From an uncultured Gammaproteobacteria bacterium (GTDB lineage Bacteria; Patescibacteriota; Microgenomatia; Levybacterales; UBA12049): a DNA stretch of 64,000 bases. A model generated the notes under the pieces. The model did not search any database. It saw only the letters and a list, made by a program, of their open reading frames with translations, and was not told where the DNA came from. The stretch lies in contig CAZSWA010000002.1 in assembly GCA_964610465.1 (NCBI GenBank), forward strand, positions 13,423 through 77,422. Direction: 5' to 3'. Position numbers and translations under genes: made by a program. Positions within the stretch are counted from its first letter, which is position 1. The number at the start of each line of letters is the position of its first letter. Positions 10,147 to 20,482 of this stretch are shown one piece after another.

Positions 10147-11011
10147 ACACAAATCTGAATTTATTACTAAATTAGAAAACCGCTGGAGACAAAATACATT
10201 TGTTTGTGTAGGGCTTGATTCTGAATACAAACAAATTCCTCAATCGGTAAAAGATTCTTTTCCTCAAACCTTAAAAGAAGAAGTTATTTTTACCTTTAAT
10301 CAACAAATTATAGATGCAACAAATGACTTAGTATGTGCATACAAACCAAACGCCGCCTTTTATGAAGCGCAAGGCGATAATGGATATAGAGCACTGAGAA
10401 GAACGGTACAATATATTAAGAACAAATATTCTGATATTCCAGTGATATTAGATGCCAAACGCGCAGACATAGGAAATACCAATAATGAATATGTCCAATC
10501 AGCGTTTGATGAATTGGGAGTTGACGCAATTACTGTCAATCCATACTTAGGAAAGGAAGCACTGAAACCATTTTTAGATAGAAAAGAAAAAGGAATTATC
10601 GTGTTAGTAAAAACTTCAAACCCTGGTTCTGAAGAATTTCAGAATCTTCAGGTTTTAGTTGATGGAGAACAAAAGCCTCAATACCAAGTGGTTGCAAGAA
10701 ATGTTGCTGAGGATTGGAATATAAACGGCAATTGTAGCGTAGTAGTTGGCGCAACATATCCTCATGAACTTGCTCAAGTAAGAACACTAATTGGTGATAT
10801 GCCAATCCTTATTCCAGGTATTGGAGCACAAGGAGGAGAAATTGAAAATACCGTAAAAGCCGGAAAAGATAGTAGGGAATGGGGGATGATTATTAATTCA
10901 TCAAGAGGTATTATTTTTGCTTCAAAAGGAGCAGATTTTGCAGAAAAGGCAAGGCAAGAAACTGAAAAACTAAAAAATGAAATAAATAAACATAGGAGCA
11001 ACAAGAATTAG
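10139..11011 (+). CDS. pyrF: Orotidine-5'-phosphate decarboxylase
   Basis: CVGLD, DAKRADIGNT, VVGAT, PGIGAQGG, NSSR. Confidence 0.96.
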   Translation: MTKHKSEFITKLENRWRQNTFVCVGLDSEYKQIPQSVKDSFPQTLKEEVIFTFNQQIIDATNDLVCAYKPNAAFYEAQGDNGYRALRRTVQYIKNKYSDIPVILDAKRADIGNTNNEYVQSAFDELGVDAITVNPYLGKEALKPFLDRKEKGIIVLVKTSNPGSEEFQNLQVLVDGEQKPQYQVVARNVAEDWNINGNCSVVVGATYPHELAQVRTLIGDMPILIPGIGAQGGEIENTVKAGKDSREWGMIINSSRGIIFASKGADFAEKARQETEKLKNEINKHRSNKN

Positions 11012-11043
11012 TAAAGGTAACTCTTGATTCTTACTTCTAATAT

Positions 11044-11664
11044 ATGACTGAAGTTCTGGAAATATTGAAAAAATCGAATGCAATTATTACCAACAGTCAT
11101 GTTGTCCTGACTTCTGGCAAACATTCAGATAGTTATATCAACAAAGATGCGCTCTATCCTCATACACAATTTACATCACGAATTGGTGAACTATTTGCAG
11201 AAAAACATAAAGATTTGGATATTGATATCGTTGCAGCACCGGCACTGGGAGGCATAATTCTTTCTCAATGGACCGCATATCATTTATCGAAAATGAAAAA
11301 TAGGGAAGTGCTTGGAGTGTATACGGAAAAAGATACTGAGAAAAATCAGGTCTTTACCAGAAGATATGACAAATTAGTAAAGGGTAAAAATGTGCTCGTA
11401 ATTGAAGATTTAACGACCACAGGAGGTTCAGTACAAAAAGTCGTAACCAGTGTACAAAATGTCGGAGGGAATGTAATAGGAGTATCGGTTATGGTAAATC
11501 GCAATCCGGAAAATGTAAATTCAGAATTTATGGGAGTACCTTTTTCATCACTTGCTACTCTACAGGTTGAAGCATGGGAAGAAAAAGATTGTCAGCTCTG
11601 TAAACAGAATATCGCTATCAATACCAGTGTCGGACACGGTAAAAAATATCTTATGGAAAAATAG
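11044..11664 (+). CDS. pyrE: Orotate phosphoribosyltransferase
   Basis: LTSGKHS, PALGG, VIEDLTTTGGS PRPP-binding loop. Confidence 0.93.
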   Translation: MTEVLEILKKSNAIITNSHVVLTSGKHSDSYINKDALYPHTQFTSRIGELFAEKHKDLDIDIVAAPALGGIILSQWTAYHLSKMKNREVLGVYTEKDTEKNQVFTRRYDKLVKGKNVLVIEDLTTTGGSVQKVVTSVQNVGGNVIGVSVMVNRNPENVNSEFMGVPFSSLATLQVEAWEEKDCQLCKQNIAINTSVGHGKKYLMEK

Positions 11665-12352
11665 TTCCTCCTTGGTTTGCAGCTGGCGGTTGTTTTGCAG
11701 CCTCTAATGCCTTTTTTGTAGCTTCAAACGCAATCTGTCGATAAGCAGTAAGACTTTTCGCTGTTTTGTCTTCTATACCAAACTGTCCATAAGTACTAGA
11801 TTCTGTTGGGATACGAAGCGCAAGATATCCAGCCTTAATAAAATCAGCTAAATCAGTTACCAGGTGAGATTCGGCTACATTACTACCTTTTTTGCGTAAC
11901 CTGAATTCTTCATCCTGAATTATTTGTAAATGGTTCTTTGCATCACTTGAGATAAAGATACCTATAACATTTTTTTCATTTTTTGGAAGACCTTTATTAA
12001 AAACAGGGCTATCTTTCCGAGATGGTCCTTCTATTAATTGGCGTAAAAGAATTCGCATTTTTTTATATACTCCATATTTGGCAAGATTTGCTCTTTCTTG
12101 TAGATTTAACAATTGAAATGCTTCATCACCACTTTGCATATATAGTACCGAAGGAACAATAACTCCGCCTTTTTGAAATATGTCAGTCATTTTTGTAGTA
12201 AATTCATCAATAAGTTTTTGTCTTGCTTGTTCTTTATCTTCACGAAGTCCTCTACGAAGAACTACAGTATCTGGGTCTGCGAGTTTTTTACGACCGCCAA
12301 TACTTCTCATTTGATCCAGACGGATTATTCGTAATTCTTCAATTGATGGCAT
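11651..12352 (-). CDS. Hypothetical protein
   Basis: 233-aa ORF with TATTCT -10-like box close upstream; no recognisable motif. Confidence 0.7.
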   Translation of the reverse strand: MPSIEELRIIRLDQMRSIGGRKKLADPDTVVLRRGLREDKEQARQKLIDEFTTKMTDIFQKGGVIVPSVLYMQSGDEAFQLLNLQERANLAKYGVYKKMRILLRQLIEGPSRKDSPVFNKGLPKNEKNVIGIFISSDAKNHLQIIQDEEFRLRKKGSNVAESHLVTDLADFIKAGYLALRIPTESSTYGQFGIEDKTAKSLTAYRQIAFEATKKALEAAKQPPAANQGGTIFP

Positions 12353-12609
12353 AATAGACTCAAGAATAGCATAACTTATTGTTTATTTCTCGAGTAATTT
12401 TGCTTGTAAATCTTCAAAATACAGTAAGAAACCCTACTATTAATAACTACTCTTGAGCTATTATTACTTTCTGTCTTTGGACTTTTTGCGTGGAGTGCTG
12501 TGATGTATCTTCTTGCAGTCAGAACGTTTAAATGGGAATAATCTGACAATTACCAAACAGTATCTTGACAAAAAGAATAATTAAGATACAATCTAACTAA
12601 GAAATATCT

Positions 12610-12825
12610 ATGCCAAGTCTAGAAATTTCAGTTGTAACCAGAAAACCTGAAGAACCAATGTGGAGACCATACGATCATCCTGTAGCTAAATCTGTTACAG
12701 ATAAACCAATGTACGCAGATACTTTTAAGAGAGTATTAAGCACCAATGGTTCTTCTATATCTAAAACAGAATCTCAAAAACAAACTGGAAAAGACATTAA
12801 CTCTTCTAGTACTCTTAAGAAATAA
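12610..12825 (+). CDS. Small hypothetical protein
   Basis: TTGACA(12565)-16-TACAAT promoter upstream of the ATG. Confidence 0.55.
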   Translation: MPSLEISVVTRKPEEPMWRPYDHPVAKSVTDKPMYADTFKRVLSTNGSSISKTESQKQTGKDINSSSTLKK

Positions 12826-12905
12826 CTAATTTCAATAAGAACTTTTATTTTTCTTTTTTTCTCATCCCTTGACATATCCTGCCGTTTTAGTATTAGATAA
12901 TAAGT

Positions 12906-13070
12906 ATGGCAGAACACTTTCGAAGAATTGGAAGAAATCCAGACAATCGAAATAGAAAAGAAAAACGATCCGTGCAAAAAAATAATCCAAACCCTTCAAT
13001 AGATTCTGATTTTGTAAAACGTACTCTTCCATCAGGAACAATTGTTTATGAAGTAAAACAAGCAAGATAA
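12906..13070 (+). CDS. Small basic hypothetical protein (54 aa, MAEHFRRIGRNPDN...YEVKQAR), below ORF-track cutoff
   Basis: Manual translation; fills the gap and ends 3 nt before the next ATG; TTGACA at 12869. Confidence 0.45.
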   Translation: MAEHFRRIGRNPDNRNRKEKRSVQKNNPNPSIDSDFVKRTLPSGTIVYEVKQAR

Positions 13071-13073
13071 TCT

Positions 13074-13823
13074 ATGCATATAGGAAACGCGCTTAAAATT
13101 GCATTGACTACTGTTCTTTTCACTTTTGTTTGTTTGGTTATATTTGCCAAGTATTTTGGCCCAATTCCTCTTTTTGTAAATAGCGTAAACACTACCAAGA
13201 CAGATCTTTTTACTGTTGATGGGAAAGGGGAGGCAACTGTTATTCCTGATACTGCATCTTTTTCAGTCGGCATTACCAAGTCTTCATCAACTGTCAAAGA
13301 TGCGCAGGACACAGTAAATAACACTATCACGAAAATTACTCAGGATTTGAAAAATTTAGGAGTCAATGAAAAGGATATTAAGACAACCGACTACTCAGTA
13401 AATCCCAATTATGATTTTCTCAATGGTAGACAAAATACCAATGGATATACGGTATCTGCTAATCTTGATATCAAAGTAAAACCAATCGACAAAGCAAATA
13501 AAGCAGTTGATATCTCAACAGCGGATGGTGCCAATATGGTCAATGGAGTGATATTCACTGTTGATGATGCAACGCTGAAATCACTTGAGGAAAAAGCGCG
13601 CAATATGGCAATTGATGATGCCAGACAAAAAGCAGAAAGTATTGCCTATGCAGCAGGAATTCGGCTTGGTAGAATTGTCAATGTCCAAGAAAATGCTCAA
13701 AACCCTCGTCCAATTCCAATGATGGCTCCTGTTGGTGCAGAGAAAACATCAGATCAAACACAACTTAATCCTGGGAAAAATAGTATTTCAACAACAGTAA
13801 CTCTTTCTTACGAAACATACTAA
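13074..13823 (+). CDS. SIMPL (YggE/DUF541) family protein
   Basis: TVDGKGEATVIPD, DIKT, A..DARQKAE.IA..AGIRLG pattern. Confidence 0.9.
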   Translation: MHIGNALKIALTTVLFTFVCLVIFAKYFGPIPLFVNSVNTTKTDLFTVDGKGEATVIPDTASFSVGITKSSSTVKDAQDTVNNTITKITQDLKNLGVNEKDIKTTDYSVNPNYDFLNGRQNTNGYTVSANLDIKVKPIDKANKAVDISTADGANMVNGVIFTVDDATLKSLEEKARNMAIDDARQKAESIAYAAGIRLGRIVNVQENAQNPRPIPMMAPVGAEKTSDQTQLNPGKNSISTTVTLSYETY

Positions 13824-13846
13824 CTAAACTATCTGCCAATTGCTCT

Positions 13847-14779
13847 CTATTTATTCCCTGAATGGAAGGCTTTGTGGATATCACGAAGTTGTTTATTGGT
13901 AACATGAGTATAGATTTGTGTCGTTGCAATATTTTTATGTCCCAGCATTTCCTGAACCGAACGGATATCAGCGCCATTTGTCAAAAGATCTGTCGCAAAT
14001 GAATGCCGAAGAGTATGTACCGATGCATCAACCGGCAAACGGGCAAGCTTTACATATTTTTTGACAATCCGTTCAATACTACGAACGGTAAGCCGCATTT
14101 TCTCACCATTATCTTCTTCAATTATTTGACCTGAATAACGGATAAATAATGGTTTAAAATTATCTTTCCGCTCTTTTATATATCTGTTAACCCAATCTTT
14201 TGCTCTGTCTGATATAAACACAACCCGTGCCCGTCCGCCTTTGCCAATTACTCCAAATTCACCGCGTTCAAGATTAATTTGATCACGATTAAGGCGCACT
14301 AATTCTGATACGCGAAGTCCGGTTGAGAATAATAACTCTAAAATTGCCCGGTCCCGTATTCCTTCTTCCTTTGATGTATCAGGCATTGTAACGAGCCTAT
14401 CAATCTGTTCACGTTCTAAAAACTTCAAACTTCTGCTTTCAGTTTTTGGTAAATCAATTTTTGATGGCTCCAAAGTTTTGATATCACTTTTAATAAGAAA
14501 TCTCAAGAAAGACCGAAGCGCTATCACATAATAATTTTGTGTCACGCGTTTAAGCATTTGGCCTTGTTCATCAGTCTGATTGGCAAGATAGACCCGATAC
14601 CGTCTTACCGTTGCCAAATCAAGCTGCTCAATTGTCTTATGCGATTGAGTAGAGGAAAACCAGTTGAGAAATCTCTCAAGGTAATGCCTGTAATCCCGAA
14701 GTGTTAGCTTACTACAATTCTTTTCAATCTCCAAGTACTCTAAGAACTGATTAATTAAATTTGGCAGATCTGTTTGCAT
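13847..14779 (-). CDS. XerC/XerD-family tyrosine recombinase
   Basis: RDRAILELLFSTGLRVSEL, GKG, HTLRHSFAT, LGH, TTQIYT. Confidence 0.95.
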   Translation of the reverse strand: MQTDLPNLINQFLEYLEIEKNCSKLTLRDYRHYLERFLNWFSSTQSHKTIEQLDLATVRRYRVYLANQTDEQGQMLKRVTQNYYVIALRSFLRFLIKSDIKTLEPSKIDLPKTESRSLKFLEREQIDRLVTMPDTSKEEGIRDRAILELLFSTGLRVSELVRLNRDQINLERGEFGVIGKGGRARVVFISDRAKDWVNRYIKERKDNFKPLFIRYSGQIIEEDNGEKMRLTVRSIERIVKKYVKLARLPVDASVHTLRHSFATDLLTNGADIRSVQEMLGHKNIATTQIYTHVTNKQLRDIHKAFHSGNK

Positions 14780-14973
14780 ACTTTTACTTTAGTACAAAAT
14801 AGGGAAGTCTGTCAATATTGTGCGACACGGAGGTAATTTTTTCGAAAAACTATATTTTTACTCTATTCGGAGCTATTTTTGTGGTTCTAATAATATATCA
14901 TTTATTTAAAAATGATCTAATAAGATTTTATAAGCTTGATTCTTACTTCTCAAAAATGGTTTAATAAAAGAAT

Positions 14974-16383
14974 ATGTCCCCCTGGCAAGAAGAATATAAA
15001 GATTGTTTGGAATATATTGATAGCTACTGGAATAAAATAATTTACAAAACATATAGTATGAGACTTCCTCATACTATGAATATATTTCCAGTAAAAGATA
15101 AGATTGAAAAATATCATATTATTCCTATTCCTCATACATATTTTGTTCCTAATGACAAAAAATTTAAATTCATATTCTACTGGGATAGCTTTTTTATGTT
15201 CCGAGGTCTTTTAGGCACCCACCGACATTGGCTTACCAAATCAATGGTGAATAATTTTATGTATCTTTTTAATAAATACCAGATTATTCCAAATTTCAAT
15301 GCGCCTGCATCTATGGGGCGTTCGCAACCTCCATTTTTTTCTTCAATGATTATGGATTCCTATCTTACACTGATAAAACAAAAGAGCAAAGGCAATCTTC
15401 GAAGGTTTTATTCAGAAGTTTATAAAATAGGGAACACGCAGTGGTTTAAAAATGCTATAAAAACTGCCAAAAAAGAATACGATATTGTCTGGATAGATAA
15501 AGAAAAGCTGTATAATCACTCAGTTGACGGCTATGAACTTTCCCGTTTTGGTGATAGAGATATTGGCTATGCACATTCATCAGAGCTTGAATCCGGATGG
15601 GATATGACTTCCCGCTTTTATAATCGCTGCAATGAATATTTTCCTATCGATTTAAACATATACCTTTATAAGTATGAACTGGATTTTGCAAAAGCCGGTC
15701 AAATACTCCACAAAAAAAATGATGAAACCTATTGGCTTGAAAAATCTGAGAAACGGCGCGCTACTATCAATACGTATATGTGGGATGATACATTAGGATT
15801 TTATTTTGACTATAACTATAAGGATAACCAAAAAAGCGATTTCTATTCACTTGCGTCATTTACACCGCTTTGGGCGGGTCTTGCGACCTTTGAACAGGCA
15901 AAGAAAATGCAGAAACATTTAGCAAAATTTGAGACGAAATGCGGACTTACTATTACAGATAAGAATTCTTTGGCAAAAGCAATTGATTTTATGAAAATTC
16001 AGGAACAATATCGTCCTGCAATTGAAGAGGTTATAAAGCCTAAGCAATGGGATTATCCAAATATCTGGTCACCTTTGGAATATCTCACTGTCATAGGATT
16101 ACTTCGGTATGGTTTTATCGCTGATGCTAAACGCATTATGAAAAATTCAGTTAATGCTCATGCTAGTTTATTCCGTAAATACCAATCTTTTTTTGAAAAA
16201 ATTAACGGTGAGACTGGTGAACCTTCTGCAAGTTTTCATTATGAAAGTCAGAAAGGTTTTGGCTGGACCAATGCTGTATTTTATCGATATATCCAAATTC
16301 TTGACGCATTAGATAGCTCAAAAGATATATATCTTACGCCCAAACCTTCTGAGCCGCCCTACGAACTTTCTATTATTTATTAG
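14974..16383 (+). CDS. Trehalase (GH37-like)
   Basis: FYWDSFF, RSQPP, ESGWD, PIDLN, QWDYPN.W.P, FEK, QKGFGWTN. Confidence 0.9.
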   Translation: MSPWQEEYKDCLEYIDSYWNKIIYKTYSMRLPHTMNIFPVKDKIEKYHIIPIPHTYFVPNDKKFKFIFYWDSFFMFRGLLGTHRHWLTKSMVNNFMYLFNKYQIIPNFNAPASMGRSQPPFFSSMIMDSYLTLIKQKSKGNLRRFYSEVYKIGNTQWFKNAIKTAKKEYDIVWIDKEKLYNHSVDGYELSRFGDRDIGYAHSSELESGWDMTSRFYNRCNEYFPIDLNIYLYKYELDFAKAGQILHKKNDETYWLEKSEKRRATINTYMWDDTLGFYFDYNYKDNQKSDFYSLASFTPLWAGLATFEQAKKMQKHLAKFETKCGLTITDKNSLAKAIDFMKIQEQYRPAIEEVIKPKQWDYPNIWSPLEYLTVIGLLRYGFIADAKRIMKNSVNAHASLFRKYQSFFEKINGETGEPSASFHYESQKGFGWTNAVFYRYIQILDALDSSKDIYLTPKPSEPPYELSIIY

Positions 16384-16679
16384 GTATCCTCTACCTATCA
16401 AAAATCTATTTTGCAAGGGGACAAGTAAGTAATTCTTATAAAGTAGCCTCATATTTTCACATATATTGTGAAATTAGCTTCAGTTTTTCACAATTTCAGC
16501 CCTATAGTAGGGGATATTTTAGGAACCTATAAAACTAAACAGTAGTACTGAAATCGAAAGAGCTATTGGTACACAACCGGAAGAAAAATAATTACCTGTA
16601 GCTAGTTTAAGTATAATAGAATGTGCAATATGTAAGCCACTCCTCCCGGATTTCAGCCTTCTTGACGTCGTAAAAGTAT

Positions 16680-16711
16680 TATTGTGCGACATAGGTAGTT
16701 TATGTTCCTAA
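16680..16711. other. Candidate dif (Xer) site
   Basis: TGTGCGACATA-GGTAGT-TTATGTTCCTA has an 11-6-11 layout resembling E. coli dif GGTGCGCATAA-TGTATA-TTATGTTAAAT; degenerate copy at 14816. Confidence 0.5.
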
Positions 16712-17429
16712 CCTGGTTTTTTGTTTACAATCTTATTCCCACCAATCATAAGATAAAAGAAACTAATAGTAATGTTCTCTAGTTAGGAAGGCACGTAATG
16801 CCCTGGAAACAACATTCATCATCCAAAAGGTACACTTGATAGTCTTAGACTACAAATAGACAATGATTATTGGGAGAAAGTAAGTCCTTCTCTCAGAATA
16901 TTGTTAAGAGTAACTTAAATTAGATTGTCCTATCAATGTAATCTTAATAATTTAGCTTCAATATTACTGAGTTGCATTATTAGCACTCAGTAGAAATCAC
17001 TGCAATTTTAATTGATATATCAACCTAAACATTAATTTTTAGCCTCAGAAATGGCGAGTTTATGTTTTCGTATTTTTTTCGAGGAGATATATGTAACAGA
17101 GATGCTTAGAAGAGCGGTGGAATCCACTCCCTTATTCGAATTGAGTAGTATAAAAAGTTTCTCTCTATGAATATATGTTACTTAATACCTGTATATCCAT
17201 GCTTGAAAAACGAACCTAGAAAGCTGTGAAAAGTCAGCTTGGAAGTATGTGAAAATTGTAAGAAGTTATCCACAATATAGTATCAAACTATATCATTTAG
17301 GTCCTATAACTTTATTATGTCAAGTTGTATCATTTTTCTTATAGGCTTTTTGGTTCTCATATTTCTTCCTTCCCTCTTCCCCACTTTTCCCGAGATAAAA
17401 AAATTTCAAAGTCCTAGAAATAAAAAAAG

Positions 17430-17957
17430 TTATTTTTCTTTTATCTCATCAATGAGACCCATCTCTAATGCTTGTTTTGCTGAGAGATATTTACGAGGTT
17501 CATACAATTTTTCTACTTCTTCCCTACTTACCTTTGCTCTTTCTATTGTTAATTTTATGAACAAATCATGATTTCTTTTATATGCTTCAACTATTGTTAA
17601 AATCTCATTATATGGTTTTCCCTCTTCTTGAGACATATTAGAAGGATGTATCATAAAAGTAGTAAGTGGACGTGCGCTTCTCTTTCTTCCTGCTTGAAGT
17701 ATCATCACAGCAGCAGACATACAATATCCTTCTGCGATAATATCTATTGGTTTTGAGGACGCTTTTATATGTTCATACAACGCAAATCCTTCATATAACA
17801 TTCCTCCTCTACTTGATATTGTTACTACAATTTCTTCTACATGATCTAAAGAGTTTGCCGTGTCAATATCTTTCATAACTTCTTTTATTGATTTTTCATT
17901 GACATCTCCAACCAGTCGAGTATAAAATATTGAATTTTTGTTATTCTGATTATCCAT
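17430..17957 (-). CDS. ClpP-like protease subunit (divergent)
   Basis: ISSRGG, CMSAA (Ser), FMIH (His), A.QALEMGLID. Confidence 0.85.
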   Translation of the reverse strand: MDNQNNKNSIFYTRLVGDVNEKSIKEVMKDIDTANSLDHVEEIVVTISSRGGMLYEGFALYEHIKASSKPIDIIAEGYCMSAAVMILQAGRKRSARPLTTFMIHPSNMSQEEGKPYNEILTIVEAYKRNHDLFIKLTIERAKVSREEVEKLYEPRKYLSAKQALEMGLIDEIKEK

Positions 17958-17985
17958 ATAAAAAATTATAGCATAAGCTTAATGC

Positions 17986-18840
17986 TCATTTCCCCCATTG
18001 AGTGAATAAAATTAATACAAAGAATACAATTGCTCCTACCCACACATATTCCCAAAGTACTCCTTTAAATAATCTTTTTTCAAACCATATATGTGACAGA
18101 CCTCCAATATTGTAGAAAAATCCTGTGAGGAAAAGTGAGATAACAGTCGGACTGCTTGGCCAAAACCAAAGTACCGCCGCAATTTCGCTGATACAGCAAG
18201 TAAGCGCCAGAACCCATAAAGGCAGGGGTGTTGGTATTTTTGCAAGCGTATATGTCCACATTGAGTGATACATCAGTAAATAAGTATACAAAAATATGAT
18301 GGCAATTGTTGGTAAAATCGAGAAATGAAAAGTAAATACGATATTGGTAAGAAAGAAAAAAGACATAAGAGTTATGACAAATGACACAATACGTGCTCCT
18401 GACAAAAGTTGAATACTTCTAAACGATGAAACAATAAATATATTTTGACTAAGGAATAAAGAATATAGTCCAAATGCATAAATTGCAGTTATGATAATAC
18501 GTGACAAAAATACCGCAGGAGTTAGAAAATAAAATAAAGCGAACGCAAGACTATAGAAAAACGGTAGAAGAAATACTTCATAGGTAAAACTTTCCCGTAT
18601 GTCCTGATAAAGTGCCCAAAAGATAAATATATTGGTAAGAATTGGAAGTAACACAGAAATATAAAGACCAGCCTGACTAAACTTATATTCAGCAATAAAA
18701 AGACTGAGTGCTAAAAATATAGTTCCAATTACAATTTTTTTTCGTTTATCAATTGCAAAAGAAACGGACTTTTTACCTTTTTTTCTACCAATAAAGCGCT
18801 TCGTAAATGAACCTAAAAGAGCGTTTTGTCTGTTTATCAT
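17986..18840 (-). CDS. Multi-pass membrane protein
   Basis: About 8-9 hydrophobic segments. Confidence 0.8.
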   Translation of the reverse strand: MINRQNALLGSFTKRFIGRKKGKKSVSFAIDKRKKIVIGTIFLALSLFIAEYKFSQAGLYISVLLPILTNIFIFWALYQDIRESFTYEVFLLPFFYSLAFALFYFLTPAVFLSRIIITAIYAFGLYSLFLSQNIFIVSSFRSIQLLSGARIVSFVITLMSFFFLTNIVFTFHFSILPTIAIIFLYTYLLMYHSMWTYTLAKIPTPLPLWVLALTCCISEIAAVLWFWPSSPTVISLFLTGFFYNIGGLSHIWFEKRLFKGVLWEYVWVGAIVFFVLILFTQWGK

Positions 18841-18889
18841 GTTGCTAGATTTCTGAAGAATATGTGCTTTATAAAGTATACTCTATTCC

Positions 18890-19648
18890 CTATTCTGCTT
18901 GCTCACTTTTTATCAAAGTATCTGGTATGTCAAAGTTTGCATATACTTTTTGTACATCGCCTAAATCTTCAAGCTTCTCAAGAAATGAAAATGCTCTATC
19001 AGTTGATTCTTTATCAGCAATAGGGGTTGTAGTGACTGGTTTCCATGTAAGTTCTGCTTCTTTTACTGAAAATCCTGCACTAAGTAATGCACTTCTTACT
19101 TTGGATAAATCTTCAGGTTTCGTATAGACAAGAACTGAATCCATAACTTCTTCTACATCTTCTGCTCCGTTGTCTGCTGCAGCAAAAAAAATGTCATCCA
19201 TTGATTTGCCATTTTTATCTACTGTAATAAGACCTTTTTGGACAAATTGGTACATTACACTTCCCGGTACTCCCATTGTTCCACCGTTCTTATCAAAAGT
19301 ATTTTTGACTTCTGCAACTGTTCGCTGTTTGTTATCGGTAACTGCCTCAACTATGACACTAAATCCTCCTGGACCAAATCCTTCATAGAGTGCTTCTTCC
19401 ATATTCTCTGCCTGTTTCCCTGCTGCTCTTTGTATTGCCCTTTCAATATTTTCCTTTGGCATATTGGCATTGCGTGCTGATTCAATGGCTAGACGAAGTT
19501 TGAAATTACTTTCAGGGTCACCTATCCCTCCCCCTTGACGTACTGCCAACGTAATTGCATTGGACAATTTAGTAAACATTTGTCCTCTTTTTATATCATT
19601 TGCGCCTTTTTGTCTTTTAATGGTTGCCCACTTTGAATGCCCACTCAT
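18890..19648 (-). CDS. yebC: YebC/PmpR family protein
   Basis: MSGHSKWATIKRQKG, YEGFGPGG, TDN..RT. Confidence 0.96.
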   Translation of the reverse strand: MSGHSKWATIKRQKGANDIKRGQMFTKLSNAITLAVRQGGGIGDPESNFKLRLAIESARNANMPKENIERAIQRAAGKQAENMEEALYEGFGPGGFSVIVEAVTDNKQRTVAEVKNTFDKNGGTMGVPGSVMYQFVQKGLITVDKNGKSMDDIFFAAADNGAEDVEEVMDSVLVYTKPEDLSKVRSALLSAGFSVKEAELTWKPVTTTPIADKESTDRAFSFLEKLEDLGDVQKVYANFDIPDTLIKSEQAE

Positions 19649-19762
19649 TCGCTAATTATACCTTTTCTTACTTGACTTTTGCAACAAAGGTTAGTAGAAT
19701 GACTTTCATTATTGGAACTCTTCTACAGGGATAATAGACCCGAAGGAAGAAAGACAATTTAC

Positions 19763-20482
19763 ATGACGCCATTAAAATCCCAAGCTATACAAACTGCCTT
19801 AATGGGAGATTGGAATAGCGCCATCATTTTTAATCGACAACTTCTGGAAGAGAGTCCTAATGATATTGATACTCTCAATAGGCTCGCTTATGCATGCTTA
19901 AGTGCAGGTGACGTAAAAGAAGCAAAAAACCTCTATCAAAAAGTCCTTACTCTTGATATGAAAAACCCTATTGCCTTAAAAAACCTCAAACGTTTGTCTG
20001 ATACGGATTTTAAACGTTCCAATGTGCAATTAAATAATCTTTTTATTGAAGAACCCGGAAAAACGAAAGTCGTTGAACTTATAAATATCGCTGATAAAAA
20101 ATTAATTAGTCCTCTGCGTTCAGGAGAATACCTTAACATGTGTATAAAACGCATGAAAATTTTTGTTCTTGATTCAGATGAAAAATACATTGGCATGCTT
20201 CCTGATGATATAGGTAAAAGACTTATTAAATTCATCAATGGCGGAAACAAATATGAAGCATATGTTCGGACTGTTGGCAATAATCGGATAACGATATTCA
20301 TTCGCGAATTGAAACGTGTAAAACGATATAAGGATCAACCATCATTTATTTCAACTGACAAAGTAAAACTTTCTTTGGAAAATAACACGCTTTCTATAAA
20401 GGCTCAAAACAATACCAAACAGAAAGTGAATGAAGATATTGATGAAAAAGAATCTCAGCCAGAAGAAGAAGAATCTTTATGA
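19763..20482 (+). CDS. TPR-containing protein
   Basis: N-terminal TPR helices (DTLNRLAYA..A..LYQKVL.LD..NPIA), FIEEPGKTK; ATG 19763 preferred over TTG 19712. Confidence 0.8.
   Translation: MTPLKSQAIQTALMGDWNSAIIFNRQLLEESPNDIDTLNRLAYACLSAGDVKEAKNLYQKVLTLDMKNPIALKNLKRLSDTDFKRSNVQLNNLFIEEPGKTKVVELINIADKKLISPLRSGEYLNMCIKRMKIFVLDSDEKYIGMLPDDIGKRLIKFINGGNKYEAYVRTVGNNRITIFIRELKRVKRYKDQPSFISTDKVKLSLENNTLSIKAQNNTKQKVNEDIDEKESQPEEEESL

Noticed and set aside
13847-14779. Phage integrase interpretation of the tyrosine recombinase
   Set aside because: Length and motifs match chromosomal XerC/D; no arm-binding domain or phage neighbours
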